A DNA stretch of 46,503 nucleotides from Bacteroidota bacterium (GTDB lineage: Bacteria; Bacteroidota; Bacteroidia; Flavobacteriales_F; PHOS-HE28), in NCBI GenBank assembly GCA_963169595.1, contig CAUJFM010000334.1, forward strand, positions 1 to 46,503. The letters run 5' to 3'. The notes under the pieces are model-generated. The model searched no databases. It saw only the letters and a program-made list of their open reading frames with translations, and was not told the origin of the DNA. The position numbers and the translations under genes are program-made. Positions 7,408-16,214 of the stretch are shown in pieces (the stretch's first letter is position 1; each line of letters begins with the position of its first letter).

Positions 7408-10263
7408 ATGTCCGAGACCCAGACCGACGCCGCGCCTGCCACCCAGCTACCTCACAACGGGGACAAGCGGCTTTTCCTGCTTGATGCCTATGCGCTGATC
7501 TACCGCGCGTACTTCAGCTTCATCAAGGCGCCGCGCATCAACAGCCAGCGCATCAATACGAGCGCGGCCTTCGGCTTCACCCTCACCCTGCTGGACCTCA
7601 TCCGGCGCGAGAAGCCCACCCACATCGCGGTCGTCTTCGACACGGCCGCCCCCACCGACCGGCACATCGAGCATGTGGAGTACAAGGCCAACCGGCAGGA
7701 GATGCCGGACGACCTGCGCAGCAACATTCCCTACATCCGCCGCATCATCGAGGCCTTCCGGATACCGGTGATCGAGAGCGATGGCTACGAGGCCGATGAT
7801 GTGATCGGCACCCTCGCGAAGAAGGCCGAGCAGGAGGGCTACGTCACTTACATGGTAACCCCGGACAAGGACTTCGGGCAGCTCGTCACCGACCGGATCC
7901 TCATGTACAAGCCGGGCCGGGCTGGGGCTCCACCCGAGGTGCTCGGTCCCAAGGAGGTGTGTGCCCGTTGGGGCCTGGAGAACACGGACCAGGTGCGCGA
8001 TATCCTGGGGCTGATGGGGGATGCGGTGGACAACATCCCGGGCATTCCGGGGGTGGGGGAGAAGACCGCCATGAAGCTGGTGCAGGAGTATGGCAGCCTC
8101 GAACAGGTCATCGAAAAGGCCTCGGAGATCAAGGGGAAGCTGGGGGAGAAGATCCTGGAGCACAAGGAGCAGGGCGTCCTTTCCAAGCGGCTCGCCACCA
8201 TCCTCACCGATGCGCCGGTGGAACTGGAGCACGATGCCCTGCATCTCGATCCGCCCGATCAGGAGAAGATCACCGAGGTGTTCAGCGAACTGGAGTTCCG
8301 CAACCTCTTGAAGCAGGTGTTGGGCGAGGAGGCCGAGGTGAAGGTGGCCGCCGCCCCCCGATCACGCAAGAGCGATGCGTCCCAGATCGACCTCTTCGGC
8401 GGTGATGCCGAGGTGACGGATGATCCCGTGGCGGTGAAGGACCTGGCCACCATCCACACGACCAAGCATCATTACCACCTGGCCGATACGGTCGCGAAGC
8501 AGCAGGAACTGGCGGAGCAGCTGGCCACGCTGGACCGCTTCGCGTTCGATACCGAGACCACCGGTCTGGAGGAGCGCCACGCCGGCCTGGTGGGCATGAG
8601 CTTCAGCTGGAAGGCGCATGAAGGCTGGTATGTGCCGGTGCCTGCCGACGCGGAGGAGGCCAGGGCCGTGGTAGAGCGCTTCCGCCCTGTGCTGGAGAAC
8701 AAGCACATCACCAAGGTGGGCCAGAACATCAAGTACGACCTGCAGGTGATGGAGAACCACGGCGTCCATCTGGACGGACCGCTCTTCGACACCATGCTGG
8801 CCCACTACCTGCTGCAACCCGATCTGCGGCACGGCATGGACTACATGGCTGAAACGGTGCTGGGATACCGGCCCGTGAGCATCACCGAGCTCATTGGTCC
8901 CAAGGGGCGCGGGCAGAAGAACATGCGCGATGTGCCGGTGGAACAGGTGGCCGAGTATGCCGCGGAGGACGCCGACATCACCTGGCAGCTCCACAACCGG
9001 TTCGCACCGAAGCTGGAGCACGATGAGCTGCAGAAGTTGTTCGAAGAGGTGGAGATGCCGCTGGTGCGCGTGCTGGCGGACATGGAACGCGAAGGCATCC
9101 GGTTGGACGTGGAGGCCCTGCACGCCTTCAGCAAGGAGCTGGGCCACGACATCGCGCACCTGAAGGACCGGATCCACACGTCCTGCGGTGTCACCGACCT
9201 GAACATCGATTCACCGAAGCAGCTCGGTGATGTCCTCTTCGACGTGCTCAAGATCGGCGGGGACAAGCCGCGGAAGACCCGCACCGGTCAGTACCAGACG
9301 AGCGAGGATGTGCTCACCGAACTGCGCGATGCGCATCCTGTCGTGCCGCTCATCCTGGAGTACCGCGCTCTGCGCAAGCTGAAGAGCACCTACGTGGACA
9401 CCCTGCCCGCCATGGTGGACCCGGCCACCGGCCGTGTGCATACGAACTACCGCCAGGCGGTGGCCGCTACGGGCCGCCTCAGCAGCGAGGACCCCAACCT
9501 GCAGAACATCCCCATCCGCACTGAGAAAGGGCGCGAGATCCGGAAGGCCTTCGTGCCGCGCGACGGGCATCACGGGCTGCTCAGCGCGGACTACAGCCAG
9601 ATCGAGCTACGGGTGATCGCCCACATGAGCGGCGACCGGAACATGCAGGAGGCCTTCAAGCATGGGCTGGACATCCACGCCGCCACGGCCGCCAAGGTCT
9701 TCAACGTCGACATCGCCGAGGTGACCCGGGAGCAGCGCAGCAAGGCGAAGGCGGTCAACTTCGGCATCGCCTACGGCCAGGGCGCATTCGGGCTCAGCCA
9801 GAACCTGGGCATACCACGCGCTGAGGCGAAGCAGATCATCGACGACTATTTCGCTCAGTTCCCGGGCGTGCGGGGCTACATGGATGAGCAGATCGAGTTC
9901 GCCCGCAAGCACGGGTATGTGAGGACCCTGCTCGGCCGGCGGCGCTACCTGCCCGACATCACCAGCGCCAACCAGACCGTGCGCGCCCAGGCGGAGCGCA
10001 TCGCCATCAACGCCCCCATGCAGGGGACGGCAGCGGATATCATCAAGGTGGCCATGGTCCGCATCCACCGGAAGCTCACCAAGGACCGCCTGAAGAGCCG
10101 GCTGCTCCTCCAGGTCCACGACGAATTGGTGCTCGATGTGCAACATGGCGAGACCGACCACGTAAAAGCGCTCGTCAAGGAGCACATGGAAAGCGCGATG
10201 GCACTGGATGTGCCGCTTGTTGTTGACATGAACATGGGGAAAAACTGGCTTGAGGCCCACTGA
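7408..10263 (+). CDS. polA: DNA polymerase I (5'-3' exonuclease, 3'-5' exonuclease and polymerase domains)
   Basis: Track ORF 7351..10263 trimmed to the ATG at 7408, which lies after the upstream terminator stem. It has an N-terminal 5' nuclease (LFLLDAYALIYRAYF), the ExoI motif FAFDTETTGL, and polymerase motifs DYSQIELRV, RSKAKAVNFGIAYG and QVHDELV. Confidence 0.95.
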   Translation: MSETQTDAAPATQLPHNGDKRLFLLDAYALIYRAYFSFIKAPRINSQRINTSAAFGFTLTLLDLIRREKPTHIAVVFDTAAPTDRHIEHVEYKANRQEMPDDLRSNIPYIRRIIEAFRIPVIESDGYEADDVIGTLAKKAEQEGYVTYMVTPDKDFGQLVTDRILMYKPGRAGAPPEVLGPKEVCARWGLENTDQVRDILGLMGDAVDNIPGIPGVGEKTAMKLVQEYGSLEQVIEKASEIKGKLGEKILEHKEQGVLSKRLATILTDAPVELEHDALHLDPPDQEKITEVFSELEFRNLLKQVLGEEAEVKVAAAPRSRKSDASQIDLFGGDAEVTDDPVAVKDLATIHTTKHHYHLADTVAKQQELAEQLATLDRFAFDTETTGLEERHAGLVGMSFSWKAHEGWYVPVPADAEEARAVVERFRPVLENKHITKVGQNIKYDLQVMENHGVHLDGPLFDTMLAHYLLQPDLRHGMDYMAETVLGYRPVSITELIGPKGRGQKNMRDVPVEQVAEYAAEDADITWQLHNRFAPKLEHDELQKLFEEVEMPLVRVLADMEREGIRLDVEALHAFSKELGHDIAHLKDRIHTSCGVTDLNIDSPKQLGDVLFDVLKIGGDKPRKTRTGQYQTSEDVLTELRDAHPVVPLILEYRALRKLKSTYVDTLPAMVDPATGRVHTNYRQAVAATGRLSSEDPNLQNIPIRTEKGREIRKAFVPRDGHHGLLSADYSQIELRVIAHMSGDRNMQEAFKHGLDIHAATAAKVFNVDIAEVTREQRSKAKAVNFGIAYGQGAFGLSQNLGIPRAEAKQIIDDYFAQFPGVRGYMDEQIEFARKHGYVRTLLGRRRYLPDITSANQTVRAQAERIAINAPMQGTAADIIKVAMVRIHRKLTKDRLKSRLLLQVHDELVLDVQHGETDHVKALVKEHMESAMALDVPLVVDMNMGKNWLEAH

Positions 10264-10311
10264 CCCCCGGATGGCCATGATGGACCTTTACGCCAAATCC
10301 CCCGATCTACG

Positions 10312-11214
10312 ATGATCGCGATGCAAGCGAACAAATGGCCGGTGCTGCTGGCCCTTGTGGCCCTGTTCAGCGCCTGTGGCGGTGAACAGCCCCAGCAGGA
10401 CCAACTTCAGGTGGACAACGGACAGGACAGTGCCTTGGTGGCGGACCGGATGAAGAAGACGAAGAACATCTTCTACAACATCCCCTCGCCCATGGAGACC
10501 GCCTCCCTGCTGAAGAAGGCCGGTGCGGACTACAATGGCAAGATCCTGAACGATGTGAAGAACGTGGACAAGTACACCGCCGCCAGCAAGCAGGCCCTCA
10601 ACCTGGGCATCTATGGTGCGGACCTGAGCTATGCCAGTGTCTTCAACCACACCCAGGAGAGCATGTTCTACACCTCGTGCTCCAAGAAGCTGGCCGATCG
10701 CCTCGGGGTGAGCACCGCCTTCAACGACAGCACGCTGGAGGCCATGGAGCGCAGCCAGAACGACCGCGATGCCCTGTTGGACATCATCAGCGAGACCTAC
10801 TGGAACGTGGATGGCTACCTGAAGGAGAACGGCCGCGACAACATCAGCGCCCTCATGATCGCCGGCGGGTGGGTGGAAGGCCTGTACATCGCCACCCAGG
10901 TCGCCAAGACGAACGATTCCCCCGAACTGCGTCAGCGCATCGCCGAGCAGAAGTATTCCCTGAAGGACCTGATCGGGCTGATCGCCTCCTACGAGGTGGA
11001 TGAGCCGGCCCTGAACGGTGTGAAGGCCGACCTGGAGGCCCTGTCCGCGCTCTACGCCGACGTGGCCACCGCAACGGGTGGGGAGAGCACTGTGACCCAG
11101 GAAGGCGGTGTGACCGTCGTCGGAGGTCCGGCCGCTGTGGCCACCCTGACCGACACTCAGCTGTCCGCCATCCGGGACAAGGCCGCTGCCATCCGCAACA
11201 CCTACATCAACTGA
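10312..11214 (+). CDS. Hypothetical lipoprotein, predicted all-alpha, function unknown
   Basis: 300 aa. Lipobox LVALFSAC|GGE. No motif I can assign. The third codon position is strongly GC-biased, like the neighbouring genes. An alternative start is the ATG at 10321. Confidence 0.7.
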   Translation: MIAMQANKWPVLLALVALFSACGGEQPQQDQLQVDNGQDSALVADRMKKTKNIFYNIPSPMETASLLKKAGADYNGKILNDVKNVDKYTAASKQALNLGIYGADLSYASVFNHTQESMFYTSCSKKLADRLGVSTAFNDSTLEAMERSQNDRDALLDIISETYWNVDGYLKENGRDNISALMIAGGWVEGLYIATQVAKTNDSPELRQRIAEQKYSLKDLIGLIASYEVDEPALNGVKADLEALSALYADVATATGGESTVTQEGGVTVVGGPAAVATLTDTQLSAIRDKAAAIRNTYIN

Positions 11215-11222
11215 CCGACGCC

Positions 11223-11666
11223 ATGCGCAACGTTAGGACCAGCATTCTTCACGCCGTGCTCAGTGGCGCGTTCATCCTGGCGGGTACTGCGGCAACGGCC
11301 CAGTGCCGCGCCTTTGCCAAGAACAAGTGCGTGCCCGAACTGGCACCCTACAAGTTCAACGAATCGTTCAACGCCGCCCAGCTCGCTCCGGGTGAGGAGG
11401 CTGAGGTGAACCTCACGTTCTACAGCGGTCAGGAATACCGCGTGATGGTGTGCAGCCACCCCATCCTGGGCGAGGTGAACTGGAAGCTGGTGGATGCCAA
11501 CAACAAGGTCATCTTCGAGAGCCTGGCCGATGAACCCAAGCACCACTTCGATCTGAAGGCCGCCAGCACCACGCAGATGCGTGTGGTGGTGTGGGTGCCC
11601 ACCAAGGGCAAGAGCGACATGGTCCACGTGGGCTGCGTGGCCATCCTGGTCGGTTTCAAGGATTGA
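11223..11666 (+). CDS. Hypothetical small secreted Cys-containing protein
   Basis: 147 aa. Signal peptide ...LAGTAATA|QCRAF. The mature protein has four Cys residues, two of them close to the N-terminus. It starts 8 nt after the lipoprotein gene stop. Confidence 0.65.
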   Translation: MRNVRTSILHAVLSGAFILAGTAATAQCRAFAKNKCVPELAPYKFNESFNAAQLAPGEEAEVNLTFYSGQEYRVMVCSHPILGEVNWKLVDANNKVIFESLADEPKHHFDLKAASTTQMRVVVWVPTKGKSDMVHVGCVAILVGFKD

Positions 11667-11685
11667 TCGTACGGACGAAAAAGGA

Positions 11686-11712
11686 AGAGGCCCGGGCATC
11701 ACCCGGGCCTCT
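11686..11712. terminator. Bidirectional hairpin terminator between convergent genes
   Basis: AGAGGCCCGGG (11686-11696) pairs with CCCGGGCCTCT (11702-11712), giving a perfect 11-bp stem and 5-nt loop. It is flanked by AAAAAGGA on the left and TTGCATTT on the right. Confidence 0.75.
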
Positions 11713-11752
11713 TTGCATTTCAAGCTGTCCGTAGGACCGCGATGGCCCTCGC

Positions 11753-13837
11753 TTAGCGGACCACCAGACGGGCCACTTCGGAGCGGCCGCCCTGCATCAC
11801 CCGCACGAAGTACACACCACCCTGCAGGTCGCCAACGGCCACCTCCATGCGCTGCTGGCCGGCCGCAGCCTGGCCTTGGTAGACCGCACGGACCAGGCGA
11901 CCGGTCACATCGAGCAGGTCCACCTGCACGCGCTCTCCGGTGGAGGTGAAGATGGCCTGCGCCATGTCCTCGGCCGGGTTGGGCACCAGCACCAAGGCAC
12001 CACCGGCCGCGTTCAGGGTCTCCTGTAGGCCCACGGGCATGCCGTTGATGTTGATGTCGTCGATGTACAGGTTGTTCCCGCCATTGCTTTCGAATTCGAA
12101 CTTGAACCGGAAGCGCGACGTGTGGAAGCTCGTGCTCACGTTCTCCACCACGGAATACCCCCACTGATCGGGGCCGTTGGGCACGAAAGAGGAAGTGGTG
12201 TTCGGTGCGGTGACCAACACGTTGGTGGAGGTGTTGCTTGCGCGGAGCGTTTTGCGCAGGCTCCAAGTGGTACCGCAGTTGCTGCTCACATACACGCGCA
12301 GCAGGTCATCGTTCGAGTTGGAACGACGGGCATAGGCGTACCGGAAGGAGATCTGTACATCCGTGGCATCGCTCATGTCAAAGGTGGAGGAGACCAGCTC
12401 GTCCTTGCGGCCCGACATGGAGCTTTGGTTGAGGATGCGCACGCTCTGGGCGCCGGTGTAGGCCGCTGCGGTGGTGGGCACGAAGGTGTTGTCGTTGTTC
12501 GGGTTGCTCACCGACCACATGTCCGAAGGGAAGCTGGACATGGGCTCAAAGCCTTCCGTGAACGGCACGGGCATGCCGGGATCGGCCAGCACGGTGATGT
12601 AGCTGTTCGCCGTGCTGGACAGGGTGTTTGAACCATCGCTTACCGTCAACGAGACGGGGTAGATGCCCGGCGTGGTGTAGGTGACCTCGGGATTCGGGTC
12701 GGAGCTGGAGGAGGGTGTGCCTCCAGGGAAGTTCCACGTGCGGGACGTCACGCCATGATAGCTCTGGTCCGTGTAGGTCACGGTGGTGCCCGCGCAGACC
12801 AATTGTGAAGTGCCGCTGAACTCGGCCGCGCAGAGGATGGGCGTTCCGGAGACCCCGGTGGCCGTCAGGTTGCTGGCCGTCCAGAGCTGGTTGCGCTGTG
12901 CGGTACCGGAGTTGAGGGCTGCGAGCATGCGCACCTTCTGACCCTCGGTGAACATCTTGGAACAGTAGGAGTACTCCATGTAGTTCTCCACGTTGTCCAC
13001 CGGGGAACCGCAGGTGGCACCATTCACATTGCAGCTGGTCCAGCCGATCGTGTTCGGCGTGTCGTTCACGCCATCATCGTCACTACAGTTCGTGCTCAGT
13101 CCGGGCTCATTCGTGTTCCCCCAAGTGTGCGCCAGGTTGATCCAGTGGCCCACTTCGTGCGTCAGCGTGCGGGAGCGCGAGGGGCTGCCGGTACCGATGC
13201 TCCCGGTGTAATTGTGCAACAGTACAATGCCATCACCCTGGGGCCAACTGGCCACCGCACCAGGCCGGTAGGTATAGCCCGCAGCCCCATCCGCCGAGGC
13301 GGCCACCCACACGTTCAAGTATTTGTTCCGCGGCCATTGGATCAGGTCCTTCATGGTCTGCGACCCGTCATTGGTCAGCGTGGACACCGTGCGTGTGATG
13401 CCTTTGGTGCAGTTGCCCTGGGGGTCCTTGCGGGCCAGTCGGAACTCCACACCCACATCGGCCACGATGCCCAGGAAGGCATCGTTCACGTTCTGCCAAT
13501 CGGCGTTCAGGCGGTTGAAGTCCTCGTTGAGGACGCGCATGGCATCGTAGATCTGCTCATCGCTGATGTTCTCCGGTCCATTGTTATGGATGATGTGGAA
13601 CACCACGGGGATGATGTAGGCCGTGCCCCCTTTCGGAGCCCCTTCGAATTCACGCGTGAAGTTCTCGAGCTCAGCGTCGGCCTCCGCGATCCGGGCCAAT
13701 TGGACCGGATCGTTGTGATGGAAGCGCTCCAGCCGGTGGAGCTCGTTCGCACCACAAGGGTGCACATCGGTCTGTTGGGCGGACAGGGCTGTGGCAAGCG
13801 TCAGGCCTGCGAGCACGGCCAAGTAGCGTATCGTCAT
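11753..13837 (-). CDS. Secreted zinc metalloprotease, M43 (pappalysin/cytophagalysin-like) family. Contains a PKD domain, a MAM/choice-of-anchor-J-like module and a T9SS type-A CTD.
   Basis: 694 aa. Signal peptide MTIRYLAVLAGLTLATALSA|QQ. Metzincin motif HEVGHWINLAH. PKD-like segment (TYTDQS...WNFPGGTPS...GIYPVSLTVSDG). C-terminal LVPNPAED...GVYFVRVMQGGRSEVARLVVR. Confidence 0.85.
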   Translation of the reverse strand: MTIRYLAVLAGLTLATALSAQQTDVHPCGANELHRLERFHHNDPVQLARIAEADAELENFTREFEGAPKGGTAYIIPVVFHIIHNNGPENISDEQIYDAMRVLNEDFNRLNADWQNVNDAFLGIVADVGVEFRLARKDPQGNCTKGITRTVSTLTNDGSQTMKDLIQWPRNKYLNVWVAASADGAAGYTYRPGAVASWPQGDGIVLLHNYTGSIGTGSPSRSRTLTHEVGHWINLAHTWGNTNEPGLSTNCSDDDGVNDTPNTIGWTSCNVNGATCGSPVDNVENYMEYSYCSKMFTEGQKVRMLAALNSGTAQRNQLWTASNLTATGVSGTPILCAAEFSGTSQLVCAGTTVTYTDQSYHGVTSRTWNFPGGTPSSSSDPNPEVTYTTPGIYPVSLTVSDGSNTLSSTANSYITVLADPGMPVPFTEGFEPMSSFPSDMWSVSNPNNDNTFVPTTAAAYTGAQSVRILNQSSMSGRKDELVSSTFDMSDATDVQISFRYAYARRSNSNDDLLRVYVSSNCGTTWSLRKTLRASNTSTNVLVTAPNTTSSFVPNGPDQWGYSVVENVSTSFHTSRFRFKFEFESNGGNNLYIDDININGMPVGLQETLNAAGGALVLVPNPAEDMAQAIFTSTGERVQVDLLDVTGRLVRAVYQGQAAAGQQRMEVAVGDLQGGVYFVRVMQGGRSEVARLVVR

Positions 13838-14040
13838 GTCGGTCAGGGTTCCAGGAAAAGAGGGTTGCAGGTTCGGTAAAACTACTCATCCCAAGAGCCG
13901 CCATTGGTCACGGTCGCGTCGATCATTGGTCGCAAGCTGGTTATCCTGAGCCGGGAACAGGGCTGGGTTGCGTTCGTCAACTTTTCCACGGGATGAACGA
14001 TCGGGTGTGCCGATGGGACAAAATGATCGACGAAGGCCGA

Positions 14041-16116
14041 TCACTCCACCACCAACCGAGTGCTCAGCATGCCCTCTGGATCGCGAAGGACCACCATGTA
14101 AAGGCCAGCCCGGAGGTCGGAAAGACCCAGTTCCATCCGTTGCTCGGTGCCGGCCAGAGCGACCGTGGAGGTCCGATGCACGATCCTGCCGGTGGCATCC
14201 ACGACCTCCATCACTTGGGTCCCGCTCTGCGCGGCCCGCCAGGTCAGCACCGTTGAACCGGTCGCCGGGTTCGGTACAGCAGCAAGAACTTGGCCCGGCT
14301 CCTGATCGATCGTGCCGATGCCCACAGGGGCGCCGTTGATGTTGATGTCGTCCAGGTAGAATGCATTCCCACCACCGCTGGTGAACTCGAACTTCACCCG
14401 TAGGTCGGCCACATGGTAGGCCTCGCTGATGTTGTCCACCAGGCTGAAGCCCCATTGGTCGGGGCCGTTCGGTACGAAGGTGCCGGAGATCTGGTCGCCA
14501 CCCGTGGTGAGGATATTGGAGACCGTGTTGGTGGCCCGGAGCACCTTGCGCATGCTCCAGCTGGCCCCGCAGTTGTTGCTGACATAGACCCGCAGGGCAT
14601 CGTCGTTGCCGGCCGTGCGCCGCACGAACGCATACCGGAAGGAGATCTGGATGTCCTCCGCCAAGCTCATGTCATAGGTGGAGGAGATGAGCGCGTCCAC
14701 ACGTCCGGCCTGTGCTGGGGTGTTCAGCAGGCGGACGCTTTGGCTGCCGGTGTAGGCTGCTGTTGAGGTGATGTTGAACCCGCCATCGGTATCAGGGTCC
14801 ACCACGGACCATCCCCCTTCATTCAGTCCAGCCTCGAAGCCCTCCACCAAGGGAACGGCGGCCCCGGGGTCAGGGAGCACGGTGATGAAGGCAGGCTCCA
14901 CGGCCTCGAGCGTGGCATTGCCATCGCTCACCTGCAGGGATACGGGGTAGGTACCGGGCTCGGTGTAGACCACGGTGGCCTGAAGGCCATCCGCCGTGGC
15001 CGGTTCACCACCTGAGAAGGTCCACAGGCGTTGTTGCACGCCGTTGAAACTGAGGTCGGTGAAATTGATCGGAGTGCCCGCGCAGACCTCCCGTCGGTCG
15101 GCCTCGAAGCGGGCCTCGCACAGGATGCCAGGCCCGGATACACCGGTGGCCACCAGGTTCTCCGGCTGCCACAGCTGGTCGCGCTGGGCGATGGAGGAGG
15201 TCAAAGCGGCGAGCATCCGGTCGCTCTGACCCACAGTGAACATCTTGTTGCAGTAGGCATACTCCATGTAGTTCTCCACGTTGTCCAACGCAGAGCCACA
15301 CGACGAGCCGCTGAGCACGCAACTGGTCCATCCCACGGTCAGCGGCGTATCCTCCACCTCGTCATCCTCGGCGCAGTTCGAGGGCAGCCCAGGTTCATTG
15401 CTGTCGCCCCAGCAATGCATCAGGTTCAGCCAATGGCCCACCTCATGGGTGAGCACATGCGAGCGGAACGCTGAACTGGTCCCGATGCTGCCCACGTAAT
15501 CACTGCGCACCACGATGCCGTCCGCTTCAGGCCAGTTGTCCAGCCAGGTCGGATAGTAAGTGTATCCGGCGGCGCCGGATGCATCCGAGCATACCCATAC
15601 GTTCATGTACATGTCCCGCGGCCATTGGATCAGCTGGGTCATGTCGAAGTCGCCAGCGAAGGTGGCGTTCGACACGGTTCGGGTGATGCCGTTGGTACAG
15701 TTGCCGAAAGGGTCCAGTTGGGCCAGCCGGAACTCGATGCCCACATCGGCCACCCGGTCCAGGAACTCGGGTCGCACGTTCATCCAATCGGAGTTCTGTC
15801 GGTTGAAATCCTCGTTCAGCACGCGCACTGCATCCGTGATCTGGGCATCACTGATGTTCTCGATGCCGTTGGCGTGGATGACGTGGAAGACCACCGGGAT
15901 CACGAACGGTCCACCACCACCGCGGGACGGGTCGGCGAGGTGGGCGGCCAGGCGCGCCTTGGCCGCTGCGGCCTGCTGCCGAGAACCGGGCCGTAGCAAT
16001 TCCATGCGGTCCAGCATCTCCGGGTCGTTCGCACGGCAGTTGAACCCATCGTCCTGTGCGCGGACGGCGGTGAGTGCGCACGCGAGGAGCGCAAGGGACA
16101 GGAAGGACTTGAACAT
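14041..16116 (-). CDS. Secreted zinc metalloprotease, M43 family; tandem paralog of 11753..13837 with the same domain order
   Basis: Track ORF 14041..16182 trimmed to the ATG at 16116. Signal peptide MFKSFLSLALLACALTAVRA|QDD. Motif HEVGHWLNLMH. PKD-like segment (NFTDLS...WTFSGGEP...GTYPVSLQVSDG). CTD AVPNPATGSTV...GLYMVVLRDPEGMLSTRLVVE. Confidence 0.85.
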   Translation of the reverse strand: MFKSFLSLALLACALTAVRAQDDGFNCRANDPEMLDRMELLRPGSRQQAAAAKARLAAHLADPSRGGGGPFVIPVVFHVIHANGIENISDAQITDAVRVLNEDFNRQNSDWMNVRPEFLDRVADVGIEFRLAQLDPFGNCTNGITRTVSNATFAGDFDMTQLIQWPRDMYMNVWVCSDASGAAGYTYYPTWLDNWPEADGIVVRSDYVGSIGTSSAFRSHVLTHEVGHWLNLMHCWGDSNEPGLPSNCAEDDEVEDTPLTVGWTSCVLSGSSCGSALDNVENYMEYAYCNKMFTVGQSDRMLAALTSSIAQRDQLWQPENLVATGVSGPGILCEARFEADRREVCAGTPINFTDLSFNGVQQRLWTFSGGEPATADGLQATVVYTEPGTYPVSLQVSDGNATLEAVEPAFITVLPDPGAAVPLVEGFEAGLNEGGWSVVDPDTDGGFNITSTAAYTGSQSVRLLNTPAQAGRVDALISSTYDMSLAEDIQISFRYAFVRRTAGNDDALRVYVSNNCGASWSMRKVLRATNTVSNILTTGGDQISGTFVPNGPDQWGFSLVDNISEAYHVADLRVKFEFTSGGGNAFYLDDININGAPVGIGTIDQEPGQVLAAVPNPATGSTVLTWRAAQSGTQVMEVVDATGRIVHRTSTVALAGTEQRMELGLSDLRAGLYMVVLRDPEGMLSTRLVVE

Positions 16117-16214
16117 GGGGCAACGAGGGTGCTGCAAGGTAAACCAAGGCGCACAGGCGCATGTTCGCCACGCCTTGCCCAAGCGCTGCCGTTCGTTGGA
16201 AGGCCGTGCCGCTC

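Noticed and set aside
13838-14040. The 203-nt spacer between the two M43 genes, with four GATC-containing motifs. I considered a small RNA or a methylation-regulated switch.
   Set aside because: GATC (Asp/Ile codon combinations, CGATCG) is frequent throughout this high-GC sequence. I found no convincing hairpin, promoter/terminator pair or ORF. The spacer is most simply the promoter/5' region of M43-1 plus the 3' region of M43-2.
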